This document shows positions 25,836 to 38,965 of a DNA stretch of 64,000 nt, in pieces. Source of the DNA: Octopus sinensis (Eukaryota); assembly GCF_006345805.1 (NCBI RefSeq), contig NC_043013.1, forward strand, positions 40,114,001-40,178,000, written 5' to 3'. Below the pieces are notes generated by a model. It was not told the DNA's origin and searched no databases. It saw only the letters and a program-made list of their open reading frames with translations. Position 1 is the stretch's first letter, and every line of letters begins with the position of its first letter. The position numbers and the translations under genes are program-made.

Positions 25836-26539
25836 TTTATTTATTTTTTTTTTATTTTAAAATAGATTCAATAAACGTTTTGAATTCAAAGAATCTATGA
25901 TTTTCTTCCTTTCAAATGAAGCGGGTAAAGTCGGCGTAAATAAATATATTTTGGAGTAATTGGTTAAAAAAGTTCCCCGAACCTTGTTTTACTGTGTCTC
26001 TGGTTTCGCTTTAGAGGAATATTTTATTAAACATTCCCTGCTTAATCCGTCTATTGGTTTACTATTGCCATCTGTTCATTAGGTGTTTTAAGCAGAGTTC
26101 ATTCTGTAGCAAGAATTCGGGACATGTCATTGATCTAACGATAACTTTCTCTTTTCCTACCTCCAGTTTGATAGGCCTTCACTGACCAGCAATGCAAATA
26201 TATGCACGTGCTTGTGTGTGTGTACCCATAATGATCTTACACCTGAGTGGCCTAACCGTCAGGCCGTAAACACGACTGAGTTTGAAGTGCTTGCGTCAAA
26301 ATGTACCTCTCGCCGGTTTCAAAAATTACTGTTGATTTCACTTCGACAGGAACAATCAGTTATAAGTTAACCTGTCAACGCAATGATGGTCATGCACACT
26401 TAACGAGTAGACAACCATCATGTATGTATGCAAACATATATGTATGTATCATTTATCTATCTATATATGCATATACATACGTGTCCATCTTATAGTTTTG
26501 ATTTCTCGCATGCACATTGTTTTTTTATTTTGTCGACTA

Positions 26540-27762
26540 CACAGTATAGTAGGGTCAGTTGGGCACCATCTGTGAGAAAAACAGCACCATGATACAATTC
26601 ACTCCGCTAGAAATTTGGAAACGACATGCTGTACAGCTTGGCATTCACGCTCGAAGTTCCAATACGAACATTTCAGTGTTTGGGTGTCAATCTGAGGACA
26701 GTGCAGAGGATTCAAAAAGAGTTGGATTAGTCTAATGAGAAATACAAAAGTAAGGCAGCTCGGAAAACTCACTCTGATCGTTCCGATAAGAAAAGAACTC
26801 CTGTATTTGCTGGTGAGATCCAGGCCATGATTTACAACGACCCCTCCAAGTCTATCAGGACCATTGCCAGGGTCATGAAAGTGTCTTAGTTTCTTATCAG
26901 GCAGGTAGTGCATGAAGACATTCGGCTTTCCTCATACAAGTTAAGAAAGGGCCAATTTTTATTCCAAGCCATCAAGGACAAGAAGGAAGATCATGCTATG
27001 AAGCTTTTGAACAAACTCAAGTATTCCCTCCAACTGAACAAGCTTTGGTTTTTCTCAGACGAGAAAAAATTCTGCCAGGAGTAAATGGTGAACACAAAGA
27101 ACAACCGGTAGCCTGCTGTGTCCCTAAAACACATAATAAGAATGATAAAAATCAAACATCCAGTCAACATCATGGCGTTTGGAGTGATCACTATTGATGG
27201 CGACATTATGTCTCCATTCAACTTCCCACACGGCCTCAGACTCAACACGGAAGCCTACATCGAGTACCTGGAGGAGGTAGTGCTGCCCTGGATCAAGAGA
27301 GTAGCTGCTGGAAGACCCTATGTTTGGCAACAGGACTCTGCACCATACCTTACAAGTAGGAGAACTCGGTCATGGATGTCAAACAATTTCTACGACCACA
27401 TCACCCCTAACATCTGGTCACCTAATTCCCCAGACAGCAACCCCTTTTATTATTATGTGTGGGGTACATTTGAGCGAGAGACCAACAAAACTTCTTGTAA
27501 CACCAAAAATGAACTGAAGGCAAGGATTATGACAGCATTCATCGACTTAAACAAGGAGACCGGCCAACAGAGTTGCAGAAGATTCCGAAGTCGTCTGGAC
27601 GCCGTCGTTGAAGCTAATGGCGATTTTATATGAATAAATTTAGTCTTTGATATTTCATGATATTTTAATGTAACGTTGGTAAATATATCTTTTAAAATGA
27701 AATGTCAGTCTTATTTTCATTTTTGCGTAATTTAAACGACAATTTATTCACCGCACCCTGTA
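26540..27762 (+). mobile_element. Decayed DD37D (maT-type) Tc1/mariner transposon
   Basis: ORF from 26589 with stops; FSDEK, QQDSAP..(37 aa)..SPDSNPF(D to Y)YYVWG; right end CACCGCACCCTG|TA; left TIR not found. Confidence 0.85.
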
Positions 27763-28112
27763 TATATATGTAGCTTTTTCTGTTTTTCTATTTTGCTGTG
27801 CCTGTTTGTGCGTGTTCATAAATATGCCTATTTAAACATCAGATCAAATATATTCAAAAAATGTAGACACTTTTAAAAATACCTATTAAGCAGCTGTAAA
27901 TTACAGCTTTCTCTCAACTGGAACTATATATATACGCAGACATCTTCACCTCGGGCTTTATTTCCTCTTTTCTCTTACAGCTTTTGTTTTATCATTCACC
28001 TACTGCATTTTTATATTTATTCTATATTTATTTTCCGTTTTGCAATCACTAGTATACATCCATATCAATGAAGATAAATCACACATAAACTGCTTTTCTT
28101 CAACATGTTTTG

Positions 28113-28155
<43 letters not shown>

Positions 28156-28186
28156 CGTGTGCGTGTGCGTGCGTGCGTGCGTGCGT

Positions 28187-28234
<48 letters not shown>

Positions 28235-28740
28235 ATGTGTGCGTCTGTATGGATGTTCAGCTATGTATGTATGCAAGTATATATTATATGTGTGTCTGAA
28301 TTTATGTGTAGGACAAATACGGATAACATTGAGGACTACGGTTTCAGTGGACACCAGATATATATACATATATTATATAATATATATATATATATTATAT
28401 ATATATACATATATATTATATCATATTATATTATATTATATTATATTATATTATATTATATTATGTTATATTATATTATATTATATTATATATCAAGTAA
28501 TATATATCATACAGGGTACTTACCCGATTTTCTACGCTGTCTCCACAGCTATCCCGCATTCAAGAAATCCTTTATTTTCTATAGAATATATATATATATA
28601 TATATATAATAAAAATTTTAGGGTAGCAAGAATATTTATCGAAAAAATTCTTTGTTACCAGTGGTCTAGCGATAAGAAAAAAATTTAGTCAATAGACTAC
28701 ACGTTATTCAGAGAAGAATACAGTGTACATTCAAATACTA

Positions 28741-28866
<126 letters not shown>

Positions 28867-28920
28867 ATACATACATACATACATACATACAATACATACA
28901 TACATACATACATACATACA

Positions 28921-28951
<31 letters not shown>

Positions 28952-29049
28952 GTGTATATATGTATATATACAACATACACGGTCGGTTCTATCGTCGTGA
29001 ACGACAATTAAGGCTTCAGTAAAATAAAGCGTTAATCATGTTATATGGC

Positions 29050-31420
29050 CACAAATATGTCTCTTGAAGCCTGCTGGGGCCTTGCAAACATTTTGGCAAA
29101 TGGAACAAGTTTAGGACTCAGTTTGTCCGAGAGCTTGTGAATCATTTACTACGTGTTTTCTTGAGTGGACGGCAAGGCCTGCTTTGCTTCGTGCCACAAA
29201 ACCAGAATGACAGGTGAGGTTTCCATTTTGACGAGCAGCGTTTTGCTAGCGTGCCTTTATGCTTACACGAAGTTGGTCCCGATGTTGGAGTCGATTTTGC
29301 TCAAATCTTTGAACTGGGGAGAAGCAGGACAGGCACCAAGTCCTGCGTTTTGATACTTTGTTTTCCCAGTAAGAAATAGGAATGATGCATCGCTTCAGTT
29401 TGTCTTTTAGTTTGTCTTTGAAGCGCAAATGTGGATTTCCAGTTGAGCTTCCTGTTGGGAATTGGCTAAAGAGAAGTTGCTTCGGAATTCTGATATCATT
29501 CATACGTGAGAGATGACCTGACCATCTAAGCTGTATTTTGATGAGGATGGCTTCAGTACCTGACATGTTGCATTTTGTTAGCACCTCACTCTTACGAATA
29601 TGGTCACTCGATTTTATGTTGGAGCGTCAAGCTAGTTAATGGTGCTTTCGGTACAGGGTCCAAGATTCAGCATAAAGTGGTGATGTCAAAATCACCGACT
29701 TTTTCACATTCAACGATACGTTGTGGCTGTTCCAAAGCCTGTGATAAAGCTTACCGAAAGCGGAACTAACCTTCCCCATTCTGGACTCAATTTCTTTATT
29801 TCTTTAATATCATTGGACACAATGGAACCAAGATAAATGAAAGAGGAAACAGTTTTTAATGCTTTCCCATCAGCATATACAGTAGGGGGTACAGCGGGAG
29901 GATGATCACGAATGGGCTGATGGACCAGTTCAGTTTTTTTTAATGCTGATGTTCAGACGAAAAGCTTTCGATGCACGCGAGAAGTTGTCTAAAATCCATT
30001 GCATGTCCTCAAGAATGTGTGCTGCAAGTGCACAATCGTCTGAGAGGAGCAAATCCCGCGTCTGCACCAAAGTCTTAGTTTTTGCTTTGAAGCGCTGTTG
30101 GTTGAACAAGCCGCCACCGGTTTTGTACGCAAATTTTGCTCCTTCTCTAATACTCAATATGACGGAGAAATACAAAGCAAATAAGAGTGGTGCAAGAACA
30201 CAGCCTTGTTTTGTCCCATTTGAGACTGTGAATAATCGGACACTTCCTCGTCAGATTTAGTAGAAGCCATCATCCCCTGATGCAAAGAAATAATGACATC
30301 GAGCACCTTTTCAAGAACACCTAGCTTTCTAGGGACAACCCAAAGAGCACCCCTCGATACGGTGTCGAAAGTTTTAGTTAGATCTACAAAAGTGACAAAA
30401 AGGTCTCGTTTGTGCTCAAGACCCTTTTCCTGCAGCTGCCTTTGACTAAAAATTATATTCACTGTGCCTCTACAAGCCCGAAATCCACACTGAGATTTAG
30501 GTAACACTAGATGTCAAGGACATCGTTTAGTCTGTTTAAGATAACCCTTCTAAGGATCTTCCCAGGAACACACAAAAGGGAGATACCTCTATGGTTGTCA
30601 CATTCGCATTTGTTACTCTTGTTCTTATAAAGATGGACAATAGAAGCATCTTTGAACTCCTGTGGGACTGATCCTAATTCCCAGATTAAGGAGAAGAGTT
30701 CACATAACTTGCTCAGCAGGAGACTGCTACCACACTTATATATCTCGGCTGGTATGCCATCGTTCCCAGACGACTTTCCATTCGTGAGCTGTTTTATGAT
30801 CTTTTTTATCTCAGCATTTGATGGCACAACTGACAGTTCTTCAAGGACATCCCTCTGTGATAGGCCGTTGATTAGTTCTTCTTCAACAACTGAGTCCATA
30901 TTCAAAATATTTGAAAAATACTCTGCCCAGCGTTTCGTGATCTCCATTTTGTATGTTAAAAGATTATCCTCAATTGAAAGTATGGGAGTTCAGCTACCAG
31001 ACACATGTCCAAAACAATAGAATGACCTGGAGTCACATATGTCCGCAGCATCCTGCAGTTCTTTGGCATCTCTGTTTCATTTGCCTCATTTGAGATTGAC
31101 ATGTATTTCCGGTCCATTTTGTGGCATTACTTTTATTTGACATCCATTGACAGTGGCACTTATGCATATTGTCCAAAAGAGGAGAGATGTTTGGATCATT
31201 TAAGGCGAACCAGTCTTGGTCCTTCCTCTTAACATACCCGAGTGTTTTACAAGATGATTCAAATACAGCATTTTTAAAAGCAGGCCATGCTGATTCAATA
31301 TCTGTGTTGTCTGAGATTCCAGCAAGTTTATTGTCACAGGTTTTTTGAACTAAGGTTAAATTGTAATTGCTCTTCAGCCTTGCTACATCCACTTTGTAAG
31401 TGATTGCTTTCAGTACAAAC
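29050..31420 (-). mobile_element. 5'-truncated RTE-clade (BovB-like) LINE, frameshifted
   Basis: RWAEYFSNILN, GKSSGNDGIPAEIYK, NHRGISLL, SQCGFR, FVDLTKTFDTVSR, LLSDDCAL, QLRWSGHLSRM and terminal GLAVHSRKH zinc-finger remnant. Confidence 0.9.
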
Positions 31421-31424
31421 ATAG

Positions 31425-31845
31425 GTGCAGGTGTGACTGTGGTAAGAAGTTTGCTTCCTAACCACATGGTTCCGGGTTCAGTCTCACTGCGTGTTGCGTT
31501 GGGAAAGGTCTTCTACCGTAGCCTCGGGCCGATCAAAGCTTTGTGAATGGATTTGGTTGACGGAAGGTGAAAGAAGTCCGTGTGTCTGTGTGTGCACGCG
31601 CGAGTATCTTTGTGTCTGTGTTTGTTCTCCCCACTCCTATCGCTTGACAATCGGTGTTGCTGTGTTTACGTCCCCGTAATGTAGCGTTTCGGAAAAGCGT
31701 CCGATAGAATAAGAACCAGGTAGATAAGAACCAGGCTTTAAAAATTGAAAGTAAGTAATGGGATCGATTCGTTAGGATAAAATTCTTCGAGGCAGTGCTC
31801 CAGCATGACCGCAGTCTAATGACTGAAACAAGTAAAAGAACAAAA
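31425..31845 (+). mobile_element. SINE family A, full length
   Basis: Head, body and tail as in other copies. Confidence 0.9.
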
Positions 31846-31846
31846 G

Positions 31847-31909
<63 letters not shown>

Positions 31910-31993
31910 TAATGAATATCAAACTAGAATCTGTGTAGATTGTTAGCTTAATGTTTGTTCTCAAACCTTAATCTATCTATCTAGATAGCTAGC

Positions 31994-32074
<81 letters not shown>

Positions 32075-32811
32075 TAATGAATATCAAACTAGAATCTGTG
32101 TAGATTGTTAGCTTAATGTTTGTTCTCAAACCTTAATCTAAACCGAGTTTGAGGAGAGGTACAGTTTATTAGATTAATGTTTATCCATCCAGTGAGAATA
32201 CAGAACGTCGTTTAATGTGAAGGAATTTGAGATCTGATCGCAGAATGATGAAAATAAATATTGTTTAAGGCACATAACCCGATTTTCTAATGTTTCCGAC
32301 TTCTAATAAACGCTTTATCGATTCCTAATGAGTTCTTTCAACAACATTTATGGATCACATAAAAGGACCATTAGTTGGACATTGCTCTCGTTTGAGATTT
32401 ACAATTGGTGTTTATTTCTCTCGAAAAATTATAATGAATGGCTAATAGCATGAGCGAAGATTTTCTCATCTGAAAGTAGTTTACTTTCTAAAAGACAGGA
32501 AATTTTTCGTTGAAAATTACTCTTAGTAGATGGACCAAATATATTACTGGCCAATATTTTGTCTTCGAGACGCTTTCAAAAAAAGCTTATTTCCCTATTT
32601 AATCAGGATTTTTCCAGATGCAATATAAGATTTCTAAGGTTACTGATCTTGCTACGAATACAGAGACTTATGGACGAAAGTAGATTGACCTTTAGTGAGT
32701 ACAAAATATTTATATTGATTGCAAGTGGTGCAACTGCGATACAACAAATTTTTGTAATAGATCATGGTAAGTATTGGAACTTTAAACTTCCACAATTTAG
32801 GAATACCACTA

Positions 32812-33000
32812 TTCCGTCTGCCGCTACATTCTGAGTTCAAATTCCGCCGAGGTCGACTTTGCCTTTCATCCTTTCGGGATCGATTAAATAAGTACCAGTT
32901 ACGCACTGGGATCGATATAATCGACTTAATCCCTTTGTCTGTCCTTGTTTGTCCTCTCTGTGTTTAGCCCCTTGTGTGTAGTAAAGAAATAGGTATTTTC
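32812..33000 (+). mobile_element. SINE family B core
   Basis: TTCTGAGTTCAAATTCCGCCGAGGTCGACTTTGCCTTTCATCC. Confidence 0.9.
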
Positions 33001-33474
33001 ACCCTTCTTTTATTCAAATATTTAATATTATACCTATTAAGGTAGAAGTCTTGCTAACCGCCTCATTATTATTGTTTTTAACAGAAAAATACTTTCATAT
33101 AGTTACTTTTTTATTGTTTACGATAGTTTTCTCTTTAAACGGAGGGGTACGTTTAAAGTTCGAAACGCACAGGAGTTGACATAGTGAATATTTTGGAAAT
33201 AGATGTTACTATCTCCGACTGATGATTGCAAAGCATGTTTTCTCATGCACAGCATGAAATCAATTGGGATATGTAAACTATCTTCAAATTCCATTCTGAA
33301 GGTAGGCCTACTTTTTAAAGTGTTCATTGCGTTGCTCGTGTGTGTATTTATCGTAGGATTGGTGGTTTTTGAAGCTTTCGTTTTCATCTTTGGCAAGCGG
33401 TATTTTTACCCTTCTTTTGTTCAAATATTTAATATTATATCTATTATGGTAGAAGTCTTGCTAACCGCCTCATT

Positions 33475-33765
33475 AACGTGCAAGTGGCTGAACACTCGAC
33501 AGATACGTGCACCCTTAACGTAGTTCTCGGGGAGATTCAGTGGCGTGACAGACTGTGACAAGGCTGGCCCTTTGAAATACAGGTACAACAAAAACAGGAA
33601 GAAAGAGTGAGAGAATGTTGTGAAAGTGTACAGCAGGGTTCGGCACCACCTCTTGCCGGAACCACCTCTTGGGCTTTTACGTGTTTTCGCACAATAAACA
33701 CTCACAATGCCCGGTGTGGGAATCGAAACTGCGAGTCCGCAGCCCTAACCATTGGGCCATTACAC
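33475..33765 (-). mobile_element. SINE family C variant
   Basis: Shares GTGACAAGGCTGGCCCTTTGAA body with 1673-2002; tRNA head at the right end. Confidence 0.75.
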
Positions 33766-34853
33766 CACCGCTTGTTGAGCACTGGTCGAAATTATCTTTG
33801 ATCAAAGACATTCCCGATTGTAGCTATCCTATCTTTTTCTATTAGACTTAGTATATCTAAGGCTACTTTTCCCAATGTGTCTTATTTTAGCTATCTCTGG
33901 TAAGTAATAATTCGTTGGTATTTCCCAGTGATGATGGCTGCTTCAACTGAAATACATAAATAATTAATAAATCATTATTTCTCTCTTCGCATTGTAAAAA
34001 GTTCTCCGCATTATTTCTTTGTCGATATTGTGGTTGTGCCACAGGTCAATTCTCGTCCAGCAGACCTATTATTAAATGCACTCCATTTATGACCACCAAC
34101 TACTTCTGTCTTTTGGTCTAATCTGTCCGTATTTCGACATAAAAATTTAAGATTCTGGGAAGATTTGCGTTATTTCTAGTAAGTCGGTCTCTTCCTACTT
34201 TAAGAAAATATGGTGTGGTTTGATGTAGAACTGTCTCCAGAAGATCAACCAGTCAACTATGTAGAGTAGGACTTCTCAGGATTTATTTTTCTTCTTGATG
34301 CACTCCTTTAACAAAATTCAATTTCCATTCACACACACATACACACACAAAATTAGTCAAATTTTTCATCAATTTTCCTTTTTAATTCTATATTTACATT
34401 TTTATTTTTTTAATTCACCTTTTATAAAAGTACGTTTTCTTATAAAATTTAATTCGTTTAAAATATGATTGTTCTTAAAAGTTTTCTACTGTGAAAAATA
34501 TGGTTTATATTGAGTCGGCACTGAAGAGCTCTGGTTCTTCTTAGAGCGAGATATTTGATTTAAATAATCTGTATCTTTTCCAATTGGTTGTGCCTCAGGT
34601 TATCTACTAAAAGTACAATAACCGGGAACTAATATACATGATCCAGCAATTTTTGTTCAACCGTAATAAAAGGGTTTATAAACGCAATACATCCACTGTG
34701 AACTCCTGGGCTTATATTCTCCAAAATTTTAGTCACTCACAGGCGTCTATACGGACTACTTTGAAAAACTTTGATGTAGAAACTTTCGCGATAGCCCGTT
34801 ATTAACGCTATTGTTGTCTGATCCAGTAAATCCATGATCAAAAGCATTCAATA

Positions 34854-35190
34854 CATTATTTACATTCAACGGATATTTGTCCTCATCTTGTTTGTTGTTA
34901 ACACAACTTTCGGTTGATATACCATCCAGCCCTCTTCAAGTGTCTTGCGGAAATTTCGAACCTGGGTTCTCATTCCTAAGGTTTTTTTCGATGTTATTAT
35001 TATTGTTGTTGTTGCTGTTGTTCAGATCACTGCTTGGAATCGAACTCGGAATCTTGGGGTTAGCAGCCCACGCTCTTAACCACTACGCCATATGCCCGAA
35101 ACGTTGTGTTAACAACAAACAAGATGAGGACAAATATCCGTTGAATGTAAATAATGCACAGAATTCCTCATCTCTTAAATATAGAACTGC
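34854..35190 (-). mobile_element. tRNA-headed hammerhead-bearing SINE with an inverted 3'-end copy
   Basis: Minus-strand head GGGCATATGGCGTAGTGGTTAAGAGC..GAGTTCGATTCC (35097-35022); hammerhead-like motif 34901-34943; 34854-34907 is a perfect 54-bp reverse complement of 35103-35156. Confidence 0.8.
34901..34943 (-). ncRNA. Degenerate minimal type I hammerhead motif in the tRNA-headed element
   Basis: ACAC-TTGAAGA-G-GGCTG..CAACC-GAAA-GTT-GTGT; the inverted copy at 35095-35108 retains GAAACGTTGTGT. Confidence 0.6.
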
Positions 35191-35599
35191 AAAAACATTC
35201 AAGTTATTATCATCCGGTCTTCGGTTTTTTCAAGCGTAACCCAATAGTTCGCTCCTTTTTTATGTCAGTAAAGTGCCCTCTGAGGGAAATTTCAGCTCTA
35301 TTTCTACCAAGATGATCAATCACATTAATAAGCATTCTCGTTGGTTTGTTATTTGTCAATAAAATATATTAAAGAAGCGAACCGGCCTACCTCTTTCGTC
35401 ACTCTGGCTTAAATTTTATCAAGAATGTACGGATGCTGTGTGACGATAAGCCCCAAGACCCACCGCAATAAAAGACAACCTCTCTACAACCATCTTAGCA
35501 GAATTCAGTTCTCTGCAAACTACATCTACGGATGTAGAGATTAACTCAGCACCGTTAATTGAGGTAACCTCAGAATATTAAGTTTTAAAAACGCACACG

Positions 35600-36180
35600 G
35601 CCCTGCAAACTAAGGAAATACTCAGTATCTGTAGAGAACTCAGCATAGGCGACACTTTCAGCAACAAAACACTCAGCACTGACGAAATACTGCCCACTGA
35701 CAAAGCACTCAGCGCTCTTATCTGATGAAGTACTCATTAATGACGAAGCATTAGGCACTCTAAGCTGGGGATAGACTCAACACAATAAACTGACAAAATA
35801 CTCAGCACTCTAAAGTGACGAAACACTCAGTATTAATGAGACACCCCGTACTGTCGAAATATTTAGCACTGACAAAAGACTCCACACCGAAGAAACATTC
35901 AGTATTGATGAACTACGCAGCACTGACGAACTATGCAGCACTGACGAACTACATAGTAGGGACGAAACAGCGTTGTAATCTGAAGAGGTACTCAACAGTG
36001 AGGAAACACTTAACACTGACTAAACACTCGTCTTTGGAGTATGACAACACACTCAGTAGTATAAACTAACGAAATGTTCAACATTGATGAAACAGCACTG
36101 ATGAAATACTCGACCGACATTGTAAACTGACGAACCATTCAGCAGTGACGAAACATTCAGCACTACACCTAGCTTTGTAA
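35600..36180 (+). repeat. Degenerate 18-bp repeat reading as (T/I)LSTDE in one frame, broken by stops and frameshifts
   Basis: Units ACTCAGCACTGACGAAAC/T; e.g. SDETLSINETPRTVEIFSTDKRLHTEETFSIDELRSTDELCSTDEL. Confidence 0.7.
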
Positions 36181-36619
36181 ATTGACGTAACGGTATTCAG
36201 CAGTCTTTCAGATTTGGGCGGGGGTCCTTATTTTCTACTGAAATCTCATAAATGTTCTCATAAATTGTGGTAGATACCTTTTCACATCTAGGGAGACTGA
36301 GTCGTTTGACAATTCAATGCTCAGGACATGGATACAGCCGTATGGTGTCAATGATTAAAATATGAACTACTGTCCTTTCGGCTGGTTCTCCACCACCCTA
36401 TACACTCTGCTATCCATACTAGATACCGAAGGAGTAGTATAACACACGAACCCAACAAAACTAATAAAGTAAAATACAAAGCTAAGAGCAAGTGATAAGG
36501 GGATTATCTTGCTCTCTTACACTAATTCTTTCTGACACGAACAGGTCAAAATACCTTACAGCCACACAATCACACATACTCATACGCATAACAAAGACAA
36601 AAACATAGAGTTGCTGGGT

Positions 36620-36631
36620 TATTACTTTTTC

Positions 36632-36727
<96 letters not shown>

Positions 36728-36787
36728 ATAATAATAATAATAATAATATTAATAATAATAATGATGATGATGATGATGATGATGATG

Positions 36788-36825
<38 letters not shown>

Positions 36826-37770
36826 TCTTCATTATAATGATGATTATCATCGTTAACATCATTATCATCATCCTTATCATCATCATCAGTAGCAGGCACA
36901 GAAAGCGGCAACAACAAGAACGACGACAACAACGACATCCGGCGGCGGCGCGGTGGTGGATGGTGGATGGTGGTGGCGGTGGTAGTGTTAGAGTACATGG
37001 TTGGCGGTTGTTCTGATGATGATGGTGAAGCTGGCGCTGGTGGTTTTGGTGCTGGTTGTATGTGTAATGCTGGTGCTGCTGGTGCCGGCGTAGGCAGTGG
37101 TGTTCATAGTGTTGGTGTTGATAGTTGTATTTAGCCCCAGGCCTATCCAGAATGAGAAGATATACAATCAAAAACGTGACGGCCTTGGCCATCCCACCTG
37201 TTTAGAAGAATTTAAAGTGTCGTTTTAGTTCAAGGAAGTAGGGAATCAATCGAAAGGTGTTTGCTTATAAATTCTAGATCAAGCAACCCCATAGACAGTC
37301 CCTCATTGTTTACGGTGGAGGTGGCGATGGTGGCAACGACGATAGATGGCGGTGGTGGTCGTGGTGGTCGTGGTGGTTTGGTGGTCGTGGTGGTCGTGGT
37401 GGTCGTGGTCGTAGTGGTGGTCGTGGTGGTGGTCGTGGTGGTGGTTGTGGTGGTGGTCGTGGTGGTGGTCGTGGTGGTGGTCGTGTTCGTTGTCATCGCC
37501 GTCATCATCATCGTCGATGTCGTTCTCGTCGTCGTTGTCATCATCATCGTCGATGTCGTTCTCGTCGTCGTTGTCATCATCATCGTCGTCATCATCGGCG
37601 TTATCGTCGTCGTTGTCAACATCGCCATCGTCATTGTCATCGTCATTGTCGTTATCATCATCGTCGTCATCTTCGTTGACTTTTTTATCGTTGTCGACGT
37701 CCCCATCGTCGCCTTTGTCATCATCGCCGTCGTTATTATCGGTGTCATCGCCGTTGTTGTTGTTATCGTT
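36620..37770. repeat. Compound trinucleotide microsatellite blocks (TAT/ATA/TGA, GTG/GTC/ATC)
   Basis: Direct inspection; includes a duplicated 39-bp unit near 37500-37580. Confidence 0.85.
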
Positions 37771-37915
37771 GCGGCGGTGACCCCATTGATGCGAGTGATC
37801 GTCCCGATTTTGCTTTTATCGCTGTTGACTCTGAAGAAATTCTCAGCAATTCAAATTGTTAACTGATCTAATTGTCTCATAAATTTTTCCGATATAGATA
37901 TATTAATCTGAGGTT

Positions 37916-38162
37916 ACTCTCTTTTACTCTCTCTCTTATTTGTTTCAGTCATTTGACTGCGACCATGCTGGAGCACCGCCTTTAGTCGAGCAAATCAACC
38001 CCAGGACTTATTCTTTGTAAGCCGAGTACTTATTCTATCAGTCTCTTTTGCCGAACCGGTAAGTTACGGGGACGTAAACACACCAGCATCGGTTGTCAAG
38101 CGGTGTTGGGGCCGGGGGGGGACAAACACAGACACACAAACATATACACACACATACATATA

Positions 38163-38240
<78 letters not shown>

Positions 38241-38372
38241 CATATATGCGACGGGCTTCTTTCAGTTTCCGTCTACCAAATCCACTCACAAGGCTTTGGT
38301 CAGTCCGAGGCTATAGTAGAAGACACTTGCCGAAGGTGCCACGCAGTGAAAATGAACCCGGAACCATGTGGT
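37916..38372 (-). mobile_element. SINE family A, near full length
   Basis: Reverse complement of family A with internal (TA)n. Confidence 0.9.
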
Positions 38373-38769
38373 CTATGAAATAATTAACAATTATTACCAA
38401 CAATTATTACCAAATAATTAACAATTTACGAGACCCTACTATATATCTAATGCAGTCACGGGAAACCTACAGTCATCTGGACCTTCTGAATAGCGCACCT
38501 GACGAAAATTACATTCAGTTTTAAAAGTGCTGCCCGCTTCTCGATAAACGTTGCTCGTGTCTGATCTAATATGACGAAAATGATTGACAGTTTATGTGTG
38601 TAAGGAAGGGTGAGAGATTAACTCTGAGATTTGGATTATCGTTTTAAAGCCAACATGTGAAAGGTGTTTCTTTCTCACAGCAAAGATCACTAAGTTTGAC
38701 GTCGTATTCTTGACCACGTCTAGAAATATGTGACCAGCTCTCCCCTCCTTGCAATAACGGAACACTCAG

Positions 38770-38965
38770 AACGAAACAGGTGTAAGGAAATAAGGCTGCA
38801 CCTTATGAGCAATGGGCTCATGCTCATTTTCTTCTGAGAAGACTGGGGGTAATTGCAAAATGAAGTGCCTTGCTGAAGGACACAATCTCCTTCCGGTCAG
38901 GAATCGAACCTACAAGTTTGTAATCGTGAGCTCAGCAGCATAACCACTTGGCCACAAGCCTTCAC
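38770..38965 (-). mobile_element. tRNA-derived SINE, degenerate
   Basis: Minus-strand tRNA head with GGTTCGATTCC and TGTCCTTCAGCAAGGCAC domain. Confidence 0.65.

Noticed and set aside
33215-33290. CTGATGA..GAAA with hairpins
   Set aside because: Stem I cannot pair and the stem II closing pair is T-T.
35022-35097. tRNA gene call for this and other tRNA-like heads (e.g. 59680-59745)
   Set aside because: Acceptor and anticodon stems are broken and each is fused to a repeat body; they are SINE heads.
35600-36180. CTGACGAAAC units as hammerhead or CRISPR-like repeats
   Set aside because: No stem II between core halves, no unique spacers, eukaryotic context.
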